A stretch of DNA of 64,000 bases from the human T2T-CHM13v2.0 reference genome, Homo sapiens, in NCBI RefSeq assembly GCF_009914755.1, contig NC_060941.1, one strand, 5' to 3'. Positions 40,049 to 53,700 of the stretch are shown here, piece by piece. The position numbers and the translations under genes were made by a program. The first letter of the stretch is position 1; each line of letters begins with the position of its first letter. The notes below the pieces were generated by a model. It made no database searches and had not been told where the DNA came from. It was given only the letters and a program-made list of their open reading frames with translations.

Positions 40049-43000
40049 AGCTTCATAGAAAAACTAGACAGAAGCATTCTCAGAAAATACTTTGTGATGA
40101 TTGCGTTGAACTCACAGAGCTGAACATTCCTTTGGATGGAGCAGGTTTGAGACACACTTTTTGTAGAATCTACAAGTGGATATTTGGACCTCTCTGAGGA
40201 TTTCGTTGGAAACGGGATAACTGCACCTAACTAAACGGAAGCATTCTCAGAAACTTCTTGGTGATGTTTGCATTCAAATCCCAGAGTTGAACCTTCCTTT
40301 GAGAGTTCAGGTTTGAAACACTCTTTTTGTAGGATCTGCAAGTGGATATTTGGACCACTCTGTGGCCTTCGTTCGAAACGGGTACATCTTCGCATAAAAT
40401 CTAGACAGAAGCCTTCTCAGAAACTTCTCTGGGATGATTGCATTCAACTCACAGAGTTGAACCCTCCTATGGATAGAGCAGTGTTGAAACTCTCTTTTTG
40501 TGGAATCTGCAAGCGGATATGTGGACCTCTCCGAAGATGTCTTTGGCAACGGGAATATCTTCACATAAAAACTAAACAGAAGCATTCTCAGAAACTTCTC
40601 TGTGATGTTTGTGTTCAACTCCCAGAGTTTCACATTGCTTCTCATAGAGTAGTTCTGAAACATGCTTTTCGTAGTGTCTGCAAGTGGACATTTGGAGCGC
40701 TTTCAGGCCTGTGGTGGAAAACGAATTATGGTCACATAAAAACTGGAGAGAAGCATTGTCAGAAACTTCTTTGTGATGATTGCATTCAAGTCACAGAGTT
40801 GAAGGTTCCTTTTCAAAGAGCAGTTTCCAATCACTCTTTCTGTGGAATCTGCAAGTGGATATTTGGACCTCTTTGAAGATTTCGTTGGAAACGGGAGAAT
40901 CTTCACAGAAAAGCTAAACAGAAGCATTCTCAGAAACTTCTTTGTGATGCTTGCATTCAACTCACAGAGTTGAACTTTCCTTTCGAGAGAGAAGCTTTGA
41001 AACAGTCTTTTTCCAGAATCTGCAAGTGGACATTTGGAGGGCTTTGAGGCCTCTGGTGGAAAAGGAATTATCTTCCCGTAAAAGCTAGATAGAAGCATTC
41101 TCAGAAACTACTTTGTGATGATTGCATTCAAGTCACAGAGTTGAACATTCCCTTTGACAGAGCAGTTTGGAAACTCTCTTTGTGTAGAATCTGCAAGTGG
41201 AGATATGGACCGCTTTGAGGCCTATGGTAGTAAAGGAAATAGCTTCATATAAAAGCTAGACAGTAGCATTCACAGAAAACTCTTGGTGACGACTGAGTTT
41301 AAATCACAGAGCTGAACATTCCTTTGGATGGAGCAGTTTCGAAACACACTATTTCTAGAAGGTGCAAGTGGATATGTGGGCCTCTCTGAGGATTTCGTTG
41401 GAAACGGGATAAACCGCACAGAACTAAACAGAAGCATTCTCAGAACCTTCTTCGTGATGTTTGCATTCAACTCACAGTGTTGAACCTTTCTTTGATAGTT
41501 CAGGTTTGAAACGGTCTTTCTGTAGAAACTGCAAGTAGATATTTGGACCTTTCTGAGGATTTCGTTGGAAACGGGATAAACCGCACACAACTAAAACAGA
41601 AGCATTCTCAGAACCCTCTTCGTGATGTTTGCATTCAACTCACGGTGCTGAATCTTTCTTTGATAGTTCAGCTTTGAAACACTCTTTTTGTAGAAACTGC
41701 AAGTGGATATTTGGTCCTCTCTGAGGATTTCGTTGGTAACGGGATAAACCGCACAGAACTAAACAGAAGCATTCTCAGAACCTTCTTCGTGATGTCTGCA
41801 TTCAACTCACAGTGTGGAACCTTTCTTTGATAGTTCAGGTTTGAAACACTCTTTTTGTAGAAACTGCAAGGGGATCATTGCACTTCTTTGAGGCCTACCG
41901 TAGTAAAGGAGATAACTTCCTATAAAAAGAAGACAGAAGCTTTCTCAGAAAATTCTTTGGGATGATTGAGTTGAGCAAACAGAGCTGAACACTCCTTGCG
42001 ATGTAGCAGTTTAGAAACACACTTTCTGCAGAATCTGCAAGTGCATATGTGGACCTCTCTGAGGAAATCGTTGGAAACGGGATAATTTCAGCTGACTAAA
42101 CAGAAGCAGTCTCAGAATCTTCTTTGTGATGTTTGCATTCAAATCCCAGAGTTGAACTTTCCTTTCCAAGTTCACGTTTGAAACACTCTTTTTGCAGGAT
42201 CTACAAGTGGATATTTGGACCACTCTGTGTCCTTCGTTCGAAACGTGTATATCTTCACATGACATCTAGACAGAAGCATTCTCAGAAGCTTCTCTGTGAT
42301 GACTGCATTCAACTCACGGAGTTGAACACTCCTTTTGAGAGCGCAGTTTTGAAACTCTCTTTCTGTGGCATCTGCAAGGGGACATGTAGACCTCTTTGAA
42401 GATTTCGTTGGAAACGGAATCATCTTCACATCAAAACTATACAGATGCATTCTCAGGAACTTTTTGGTGATGTTTGTATTCAACTCCCAGAGTTGAACTT
42501 TCCTTTGGAAAGAGCAGCTATGAAACACTCTTTTTCTAGAATCTGCAAGTGGACGTTTGGAGGGCTATGTGGTTTGTGGTGGAAAAGGAAATATCTTCAC
42601 CTAAATACTAGATAGAAGCATTCTCAGAAACTGCTTTGTGATGATTGCATTCACCTCACAGAGTTGAACATTCCTATTGATAGAGCAGTTTGGAAACACT
42701 CTTGTTGTGGAATGTGCAAGTGGAGATTTGGAGCGCTTTGAGGCCTATGGTAGTAAAGGGAATAGCTTCATAGAAAAACTAGACAGAAGCATTCTCAGAA
42801 AATACTTTGTGATGATTGAGTTGAACTCACAGAGCTGAACATTCCTTTGGATGGAGCAGGTTTGAGACACACTTTTTGTAGAATCTACAAGTGGATATTT
42901 GGACCTCTCTGAGGATTTCGTTGGAAACGGGATAACTGCACCTAACTAAACGGAAGCATTCTCAGAAACTTCTTGGTGATGTTTGCATTCAAATCCCAGA

Positions 43001-45478
43001 GTTGAACCTTCCTTTGAGAGTTCAGGTTTGAAACACTCTTTTTGTAGGATCTGCAAGTGGATATTTGGACCACTCTGTGGCCTTCGTTCGAAACGGGTAC
43101 ATCTTCGCATGAAATCTAGACAGAAGCCTTCTCAGAAACTTCTCTGGGATGATTGCATTCAACTCACAGAGTTGAACCCTCCTATGGATAGAGCAGTGTT
43201 GAAACTCTCTTTTTGTGGAATCTGCAAGCAGATATGTGGACCTTTCCGAAGATGTCTTTGGCAACGGGAATATCTTCACATAAAAACTAAACAGAAGCAT
43301 TCTCAGAAACTTCTCTGTGATGTTTGTGTTCAACTCCCAGAGTTCCACATTGCTTCTCATAGAGTAGTTCTGAAACATGCTTTTCGTAGTGTCTGCAAGT
43401 GGACATTTGGAGCGCTTTCAGGCCTGAGGTGGAAAACGAATTATGGTCACATAAAAACTGGAGAGAAGCATTGTCAGAAACTTCTTTGTGATGATTGCAT
43501 TCAAGTCACAGAGTTGAAGGTTCCTTTTCAAAGAGCAGTTTCCAATCACTCTTTCTGTGGAATCTGCAAGTGGATATTTGGACCTCTTTGAAGATTTCGT
43601 TGGAAACGGGAGAATCTTCACAGAAAAGCTAAACAGAAGCATTCTCAGAAACTTCTTTGTGATGCTTGCATTCAACTCACAGAGTTGAACTTTCCTTTGG
43701 AGAGAGAAGCTTTGAAACACTCTTTTTCCAGAATCTGCAAGTGGACATTTGGAGGGCTTTGAGGCCTGTGGTGGAAAAGGAATTATCTTCCCGTAAAAGC
43801 TAGATAGAAGCATTCTCAGAAACTACTTTGTGATGATTGCATTCAAGTCACAGAGTTGAACATTCCCTTTGACAGAGCAGTTTGGAAACTCTCTTTGTGT
43901 AGAATCTGCAAGTGGAGATATGGACCGCTTTGAGGCCTATGGTAGTAAAGGAAATAGCTTCATATAAAAGCTAGACAGTAGCATTCACAGAAAACTCTTG
44001 GTGACGACTGAGTTTAACTCACAGAGCTGAACATTCCTTTGGATGGAGCAGTTTCGAAACACACTATTTCTAGAAGGTGCAAGTGGATATGTGGGCCTCT
44101 CTGATGATTTCGTTGGAAACGGGATAAACCGCACAGAACTAAACAGAAGCATTCTCAGAACCTTCTTCGTGATGTTTGCATTCAACTCACAGTGTTGAAC
44201 CTTTCTTTGATAGTTCAGGTTTGAAACGGTCTTTCTGTAGAAACTGCAAGTAGATATTTGGACCTCTCTGAGGATTTCGTTGGAAACGGGATAAACCTCA
44301 CACAACTAAAACAGAAGCATTCTCAGAACCCTCTTCGTGATGTTTGCATTCAACTCACGGTGCTGAATCTTTCTTTGATAGTTCAGCTTTGAAACACTCT
44401 TTTTGTAGAAACTGCAAGTGGATATTTGGTCCTCTCTGAGGATTTCGTTGGTAAAGGGATAAACCGCACAGAACTAAACAGAAGCATTCTCAGAACCTTC
44501 TTCGTGATGTCTGCATTCAACTCACAGTGTGGAACCTTTCTTTGATAGTTCAGGTTTGAAACACTCTTTTTGTAGAAACTGCAAGGGGATCATTGCACTT
44601 CTTTGAGGCCTACCGTAGTAAAGGAGATAACTTCCTATAAAAAGAAGACAGAAGCTTTCTCAGAAAATTCTTTGGGATGATTGAGTTGAGCAAACAGAGC
44701 TGAACACACCTTGCGATGTAGCAGTTTAGAAACACACTTTCTGCAGAATCTGCAAGTGCATATGTGGACCTCTCTGAGGAAATCGTTGGAAACGGGATAA
44801 TTTCAGCTGACTAAACAGAAGCAGTCTCAGAATCTTCTTTGTGATGTTTGCATTCAAATCCCAGAGTTGAACTTTCCTTTCCAAGTTCACGTTTGAAACA
44901 CTCTTTTTGCAGGATCTACAAGTGGATATTTGGACCACTCTGTGTCCTTCGTTCGAAACGGGTATATCTTCACATGACATCTAGACAGAAGCATTCTCAG
45001 AAGCTTCTCTGTGATGACTGCATTCAACTCACGGAGTTGAACACTCCTTTTGAGAGCGCAGTTTTGAAACTCTCTTTCTGTGGCATCTGCAAGGGGACAT
45101 GTAGACCTCTTTGAAGATTTCGTTGGAAACGGAATCATCTTCACATCAAAACTATACAGATGCATTCTCAGGAACTTTTTGGTGATGTTTGTATTCAACT
45201 CCCAGAGTTGAACTTTCCTTTGGAAAGAGCAGCTATGAAACACTCTTTTTCTAGAATCTGCAAGTGGACGTTTGGAGGGCTTTGTGGTTTGTGGTGGAAA
45301 AGGAAATATCTTCACCTAAATACTAGATAGAAGCATTCTCAGAAACTGCTTTGTGATGATTGCATTCACCTCACAGAGTTGAACATTCCTATTGATAGAG
45401 CAGTTTGGAAACACTCGTGTTGTGGAATGTGCATGTGGAGATTTGGAGCGCTTTGAGGCCTATGGTAGTAAAGGGAAT

Positions 45479-48025
45479 AGCTTCATAGAAAAACTAGACA
45501 GAAGCATTCTCAGAAAATACTTTGTGATGATTGAGTTGAACTCACAGAGCTGAACATTCCTTTGGATGGAGCAGGATTAAGACACACTTTTTGTAGAATC
45601 TACAAGTGGATATTTGGACCTCACTGAGGATTTCGTTGGAAACGGGATAACTGCACCTAACTAAACGGAAGCATTCTCAGAAACTTCTTGGTGATGTTTG
45701 CATTCAAATCCCAGAGTTGAACCTTCCTTTGAGAGTTCAGGTTTGAAACACTCTTTTTGTAGGATCTGCAAGTGGATATTTGGACCACTCTGTGGCCTTC
45801 GTTCGAAACGGGTACATCTTCGCATAAAATCTAGACAGAAGCCTTCTCAGAAACTTCTCTGTGATGATTGCATTCAACTCACAGAGTTGAACCCTCCTAT
45901 GGATAGAGCAGTGTTGAAACTCTCTTTTTGTGGAATCTGCAAGCGGATATGTGGACCTCTCCGAAGATGTCTTTGGCAACGGGAATATCTTCACATAAAA
46001 ACTAAACAGAAGCATTCTCAGAAACTTCTCTGTGATGTTTGTGTTCAACTCCCAGAGTTTCACATTGCTTCTCATAGAGTAGTTCTGAAACATGCTTTTC
46101 GTAGTGTCTGCAAGTGGACATTTGGAGCGCTTTCAGGCCTGTGGTGGAAAACGAATTATGGTCACATAAAAACTGGAGAGAAGCATTGTCAGAAACTTCT
46201 TTGTGATGATTGCATTCAAGTCACAGAGTTGAAGGTTCCTTTTCAAAGAGCAGTTTCCAATCACTCTTTCTGAGGAATCTGCAAGTGGATATTTGGACCT
46301 CTTTGAAGATTTCGTTGGAAACGGGAGAATCTTCACAGAAAAGCTAAACAGAAGGATTCTCAGAAACGTCTTTCTGATGCTTGCATTCAACTCACAGAGT
46401 TGAACTTTCCTTTCGAGAGAGAAGCTTTGAAACACTCTTTTTCCAGAATCTGCAAGTGGACATTTGGAGGGCTTTGAGGCCTGTGGTGGAAAAGGAATTA
46501 TCTTCCCGTAAAAGCTAGATAGAAGCATTCTCAGAAACTACTTTGTGATGATTGCATTCAAGTCACAGAGTTGAACATTCCCTTTGACAGAGCAGTTTGG
46601 AAACTCTCTTTGTGTAGAATCTGCAAGTGGAGATATGGACCGCTTTGAGGCCTATGGTAGTAAAGGAAATAGCTTCATATGAAAGCTAGACAGTAGCATT
46701 CACAGAAAACTCTTGGTGATGACTGAGTTTAACTCACAGAGCTGAACATTCCTTTGGATGGAGCAGTTTCGAAACACAGTATTTGTAGAATGTGCAAGTG
46801 GATATGTGGGCCTCTCTGAGGATTTCGTTGGAAACGGGATAAACCGCACAGAACTAAAAAGAAGCATTCTCAGAACCTTCTTCGTGATGTTTGCATTCAA
46901 CTCACAGTGTTGAACCTTTCTTTGATAGTTCAGGTTTGAAAAGGTCTTTCTGTAGAAACTGCAAGTAGATATTTGGACCTCTCTGAGGATTTCGTTGGAA
47001 ACGGGATAAACCGCACAGAACTAAACAGAAGCATTCTCAGAACCTTCTTCGTGATGTCTGCGTTCAACTCACTGTGTGGAACCTTTCTTTGATAGTTCAG
47101 GTTTGAAACACTCTTTTTGTAGAAACTGCAAGGGGATCCTTGCACTTCTTTGAGGCCTACCGTAGTAAAGGAAATAACTTCCTATAAAAAGAAGACAGAA
47201 GCTTTCTCAGAAATTTCTTTGGGATGATTGAGTTGAGCAAACAGAGCTGAACACTCCTTGCGATGTAGCAGTTTAGAAACACACTTTCTGCAGAATCTGC
47301 AAGTGCCTATGTGGACCTCTCTGAGGAATTCGTTGGAAACGGGATAATTTCAGCTGACTAAACAGAAGCAGTCTCAGAATCTTCTTTGTGATGTTTGCAT
47401 TCAAATCCCAGAGTTGAACTTTCCTTTCCAAGTTCACGTTTGAAACACTCTTTTTGCAGGATCTACAAGTGGATATTTGGACCACTCTGTGTCCTTCGTT
47501 CGAAACGGGTATATCTTCACATGACATCTAGACAGAAGCATTCTCAGAAGCTTCTCTGTGATGACTGCATTCAACTCACGGAGTTGAACACTCCTTTTGA
47601 GAGCGCAGTTTTGAAACTCTCTTTCTGTGGCATCTGCAAGGGGACATGTAGACCTCTTTGAAGATTTCGTTGGAAACGGAATCATCTTCACATCAAAACT
47701 ATACAGATGCATTCTCAGGAACTTTTTGGTGATGTTTGTATTCAACTCCCAGAGTTGAACTTTCCTTTGGAAAGAGCAGCTATGAAACACTCTTTTTCTA
47801 GAATCTGCAAGTGGACGTTTGGAGGGCTTTGTGGTTTGTGGTGGAAAAGGAAATATCTTCACCTAAATACTAGATAGAAGCATTCTCAGAAACTGCTTTG
47901 TGATGATTGCATTCACCTCACAGAGTTGAACATTCCTATTGATAGAGCAGTTTGGAAACACTCTTGTTGTGGAATGTGCAAGTGGAGATTTGGAGCGCTT
48001 TGAGGCCTATGGTAGTAAAGGGAAT
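45479..48025 (+). repeat. 15-mer HOR variant (2547 bp) with an m9/m10 hybrid monomer
   Basis: The period drops by 168 bp. The m9 body (AAGTAGATATTTGGACC) is followed by the m10-type tail CTAAACAG at ~47021 and then m11. Confidence 0.95.
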
Positions 48026-50740
48026 AGCTTCATAGAAAAACTAGACAGAAGCATTCTCAGAAAATACTTTGTGATGATTGAGTTGAACTCACAGAGCTGA
48101 ACATTCCTTTGGATGGAGCAGGTTTGAGACACACTTTTTGTAGAATCTACAAGTGGATATTTGGACCTCTCTGAGGATTTCGTTGGAAACGGGATAACTG
48201 CACTTAACTAAACGGAAGCATTCTCAGAAACTTCTTGGTGATGTTTGCATTCAAATCCCAGAGTTGAACCTTCCTTTGAGAGTTCAGGTTTGAAACACTC
48301 TTTTTGTAGGATCTGCAAGTGGATATTTGGACCACTCTGTGGCCTTCGTTTGAAACGGGTACATCTTCGCATAAAATCTAGACAGAAGCCTTCTCAGAAA
48401 CTTCTCTGGGATGATTGCATTCAACTCACAGAGTTGAACCCTCCTATGGATAGAGCAGTGTTGAAACTCTCTTTTTGTGGAATCTGCAAGCGGATATGTG
48501 GACCTCTCTGAAGATGTCTTTGGAAACGGGAATATCGTCACATAAAAACTAAACAGAAGCATTCTCAGAAACTTCTCTGTGATGTTTGTGTTCAACTCCC
48601 AGAGTTTCACATTGCTTCTCATAGAGTAGTTCTGAAACATGCTTTTCGTAGTGTCTGCAAGTGGACATTTGGAGCGCTTTCAGGCCTGTGGTGGAAAACG
48701 AATTATGGTCACATAAAAACTGGAGAGAAGCATTGTCAGAAACTTCTTTGTGATGATTGCATTCAAGTCACAGAGTTGAAGGTTCCTTTTCAAAGAGCAG
48801 TTTCCAATCACTCTTTCTGTGGAATCTGCAAGTGGATATTTGGACCTCTTTGAAGATTTCATTGGAAACGGGAGAATCTTCACAGAAAAGCTAAACAGAA
48901 GCATTCTCAGAAACTTCTTTGTGATGCTTGCATTCAACTCACAGAGTTGAACTTTCCTTTCGAGAGAGAAGCTTTGAAACAGTCTTTTTCCAGAATCTGC
49001 AAGTGGACATTTGGAGGGCTTTGAGGCCTGTGGTGGAAAAGGAATTATCTTCCCGTAAAAGCTAGATAGAAGCATTCTCAGAAACTACTTTGTGATGATT
49101 GCATTCAAGTCACAGAGTTGAACATTCCCTTTGACAGAGCAGTTTGGAAACTCTCTTTGTGTAGAATCTGCAAGTGGAGATATGGACCGCTTTGAGGCCT
49201 ATGGTAGTAAAGGAAATAGCTTCATATAAAAGCTAGACAGTAGCATTCACAGAAAACTCTTGGTGACGACTGAGTTTAACTCACAGAGCTGAACATTCCT
49301 TTGGATGGAGCAGTTTCGAAACACACGATTTGTAGAATGTGCAAGTGGATATGTGGGCCTCTCTGAGGATTTCGTTGGAAACGGGATAAACCGCACAGAA
49401 CTAAACAGAAGCATTCTCAGAACCTTCTTCGTGATGTTTGCATTCAAATCACAGTGTTGAACCTTTCTTTGATAGTTCAGGTTTGAAACGGTCTTTCTGT
49501 AGAAACTGCAAGTAGATATTTGGACCTCTCTGAGGATTTCGTTGGAAACGGGATAAACCGCACAGAACTAAAACAGAAGCATTCTCAGAACCCTCTTCGT
49601 GATGTTTGCATTCAACTCACGGTGCTGAACCTTTCTTTGATAGTTCAGCTTTGAAACACTCTTTTTGTAGAAACTGCAAGTGGATATTTGGTCCTCTCTG
49701 AGGATTTCGTTGGAAACGGGATAAACCGCACAGAACTAAACAGAAGCATTCTCAGAACCTTCTTCATGATGTCTGCATTCAACTCACAGTGTGGAACCTT
49801 TCTTTGATAGTTCAGGTTTGAAACACTCTTTTTGTAGAAACTGCAAGGGGATCATTGCACTTCTTTGAGGCCTACCGTAGTAAAGGAGATAACTTCCTAT
49901 AAAAAGAAGACAGAAGCTTTCTCAGAAAATTCTTTGGGATGATTGAGTTGAGCAAACAGAGCTGAACACTCCTTGCGATGTAGCAGTTTAGAAACACACT
50001 TTCTGCAGAATCTGCAAGTGCATATGTGGACCTCTCTGAGGAAATCGTTGGAAACGGGATAATTTCAGCTGACTAAACAGAAGCAGTCTCAGAATCTTCT
50101 TTGTGATGTTTGCATTCAAATCCCAGAGTTGAACTTTCCTTTCCAAGTTCACGTTTGAAACACTCTTTTTGCAGGATCTACAAGTGGATATTTGGACCAC
50201 TCTGTGTCCTTCGTTCGAAACGGGTATATCTTCACATGACATCTAGACAGAAGCATTCTCAGAAGCTTCTCTGTGATGACTGCATTCAACTCACGGAGTT
50301 GAACACTCCTTTTGAGAGAGCAGTTTTGAAACTCTCTTTCTGTGGCATCTGCAAGGGGACATGTAGACCTCTTTGAAGATTTCGTTGGAAACAGAATCAT
50401 CTTCACATCAAAACTATACAGATGCATTCTCAGGAACTTTTTGGTGATGTTTGTATTCAACTCCCAGAGTTGAACTTTCCTTTGGAAAGAGCAGCTATGA
50501 AACACTCTTTTTCTAGAATCTGCAAGTGGACGTTTGGAGGGCTTTGTGGTTTGTGGTGGAAAAGGAAATATCTTCACCTAAATACTAGATAGAAGCATTC
50601 TCAGAAACTGCTTTGTGATGATTGCATTCACCTCACAGAGTTGAACATTCCTATTGATAGAGCAGTTTGGAAACACTCTTGTTGTGGAATGTGCAAGTGG
50701 AGATTTGGAGCGCTTTGAGGCCTATGGTAGTAAAGGGAAT

Positions 50741-53700
50741 AGCTTCATAGAAAAACTAGACAGAAGCATTCTCAGAAAATACTTTGTGATGATTGAGTTG
50801 AACTCACAGAGCTGAACATTCCTTTGGATGGAGCAGGTTTGAGACACACTTTTTGTAGAATCTACAAGTGGATATTTGGACCTCTCTGAGGATTTCGTTG
50901 GAAACGGGATAACTGCACCTAACTAAACGGAAGCATTCTCAGAAACTTCTTGGTGATGTTTGCATTCAAATCCCAGAGTTGAACCTTCCTTTGAGAGTTC
51001 AGGTTTGAAACACTCTTTTTGTAGGATCTGCAAGTGGATATTTGGACCACTCTGTGGCCTTCGTTCGAAACGGGTACATCTTCGCATAAAATCTAGACAG
51101 AAGCCTTCTCAGAAACTTCTCTGTGATGATTGCATTCAACTCACAGAGTTGAACCCTCCTATGGATAGAGCAGTGTTGAAACTCTCTTTTTGTGGAATCT
51201 GCAAGCGGATATGTGGACCTCTCCGAAGATGTCTTTGGCAACGGGAATATCTTCACATAAAAACTAAACAGAAGCATTCTCAGAAACTTCTCTGTGATGT
51301 TTGTGTTCAAATCCCAGAGTTTCACATTGCTTCTCATAGAGTAGTTCTGAAACATGCTTTTCGTAGTGTCTGCAAGTGGACATTTGGAGCGCTTTCAGGC
51401 CTGTGGTGGAAAACGAATTATGGTCACATAAAAACTGGAGAGAAGCATTGTCAGAAACTTCTTTGTGATGATTGCATTCAAGTCACCGAGTTGAAGGTTC
51501 CTTTTCAAAGAGCAGTTTCCAATCACTCTTTCTGTGGAATCTGCAAGTGGATATTTGGACCTCTTTGAAGATTTCGTTGGAAACGGGAGAATCTTCACAG
51601 AAAAGCTAAACAGAAGCATTCTCAGAAACTTCTTTGTGATGCTTGCATTCAACTCACAGAGTTGAACTTTCCTTTCGAGAGAGAAGCTTTGAAACACCCT
51701 TTTTCCAGAATCTGCAAGTGGACATTTGGAGGGCTTTGAGGCCTGTGGTGGAAAAGGAATTATCTTCCCGTAAAAGCTAGATAGAAGCATTCTCAGAAAC
51801 TACTTTGTGATGATTGCATTCAAGTCACAGAGTTGAACATTCCCTTTGACAGAGCAGTTTGGAAACTCTCTTTGTGTAGAATCTGCAAGTGGAGATATGG
51901 ACCGCTTTGAGGCCTATGGTAGTAAAGGAAATAGCTTCATATAAAAGCTAGACAGTAGCATTCACAGAAAACTCTTGGTGACGACTGAGTTTAACTCACA
52001 GAGCTGAACATTCCTTTGGATGGAGCAGTTTCGAAACACACTATTTGTAGAATGTGCAAGTGGATATGTGGGCCTCTCTGAGGATTTCGTTGGAAACGGG
52101 ATAAACCGCACAGAACTAAACAGAAGCATTCTCAGAACCTTCTTCGTGATGTTTGCATTCAACTCACAGTGTTGAACCTTTCTTTGATAGTTCAGGTTTG
52201 AAACGGTCTTTCTGTAGAAACTGCAAGTAGATATTTGGACCTCTCTGAGGATTTCGTTGGAAACGGGATAAACCGCACACAACTAAAACAGAAGCATTCT
52301 CAGAACCCTCTTCGTGATGTTTGCATTCAACTCACGGTGCTGAACCTTTCTTTGATAGTTCAGCTTTGAAACACTCTTTTTGTAGAAACTGCAAGTGGAT
52401 ATTTGGTCCTCTCTGAGGATTTCGTTGGAAACGGGATAAACCGCACAGAACTAAACAGAAGCATTCTCAGAACCTTCTTCGTGATGTCTGCATTCAACTC
52501 ACAGTGTGGAACCTTTCTTTGATAGTTCAGGTTTGAAACACTCTTTTTGTAGAAACTGCAAGGGGATCATTGCACTTCTTTGAGGCCTACCGTAGTAAAG
52601 GAGATAACTTCCTATAAAAAGAAGACAGAAGCTTTCTCAGAAAATTCTTTGGGATGATTGAGTTGAGCAAACAGAGCTGAACACTCCTTGCGATGTAGCA
52701 GTTTAGAAACACACTTTCTGCAGAATCTGCAAGTGCATATGTGGACCTCTCTGAGGAAATCGTTGGAAACGGGATAATTTCAGCTGACTAAACAGAAGCA
52801 GTCTCAGAATCTTCTTTGTGATGTTTGCATTCAAATCCCAGAGTTGAACTTTCCTTTCCAAGTTCACGTTTGAAACACTCTTTTTGCAGGATCTACAAGT
52901 GGATATTTGGACCACTCTGTGTCCTTCGTTCGAAACGGGTATATCTTCACATGACATCTAGACAGAAGCATTCTCAGAAGCTTCTCTGTGATGACTGCAT
53001 TCAACTCACGGAGTTGAACACTCCTTTTGAGAGCGCAGTTTTGAAACTCTCTTTCTGTGGCATCTGCAAGGGGACATGTAGACCTCTTTGAAGATTTCGT
53101 TGGAAACGGAATCATCTTCACATAAAAACTATACAGATGCATTCTCAGGAACTTTTTGGTGATGTTTGTATTCAACTCCCAGAGTTGAACTTTCCTTTGG
53201 AAAGAGCAGCTATGAAACACTCTTTTTCTAGAATCTGCAAGTGGACGTTTGGAGGGCTTTGTGGTTTGTGGTGGAAAAGGAAATATCTTCACCTAAATAC
53301 TAGATAGAAGCATTCTCAGAAACTGCTTTGTGATGATTGCATTCACCTCACAGAGTTGAACATTCCTATTGATAGAGCAGTTTGGAAACACTCTTGTTGT
53401 GGAATGTGCAAGTGGAGATTTGGAGCGCTTTGAGGCCTATGGTAGTAAAGGGAATAGCTTCATAGAAAAACTAGACAGAAGCATTCTCAGAAAATACTTT
53501 GTGATGATTGAGTTGAACTCACAGAGCTGAACATTCCTTTGGATGGAGCAGGTTTGAGACACACTTTTTGTAGAATCTACAAGTGGATATTTGGACCTCT
53601 CTGAGGATTTCGTTGGAAACGGGATAACTGCACCTAACTAAACGGAAGCATTCTCAGAAACTTCTTGGTGATGTTTGCATTCAAATCCCAGAGTTGAACC

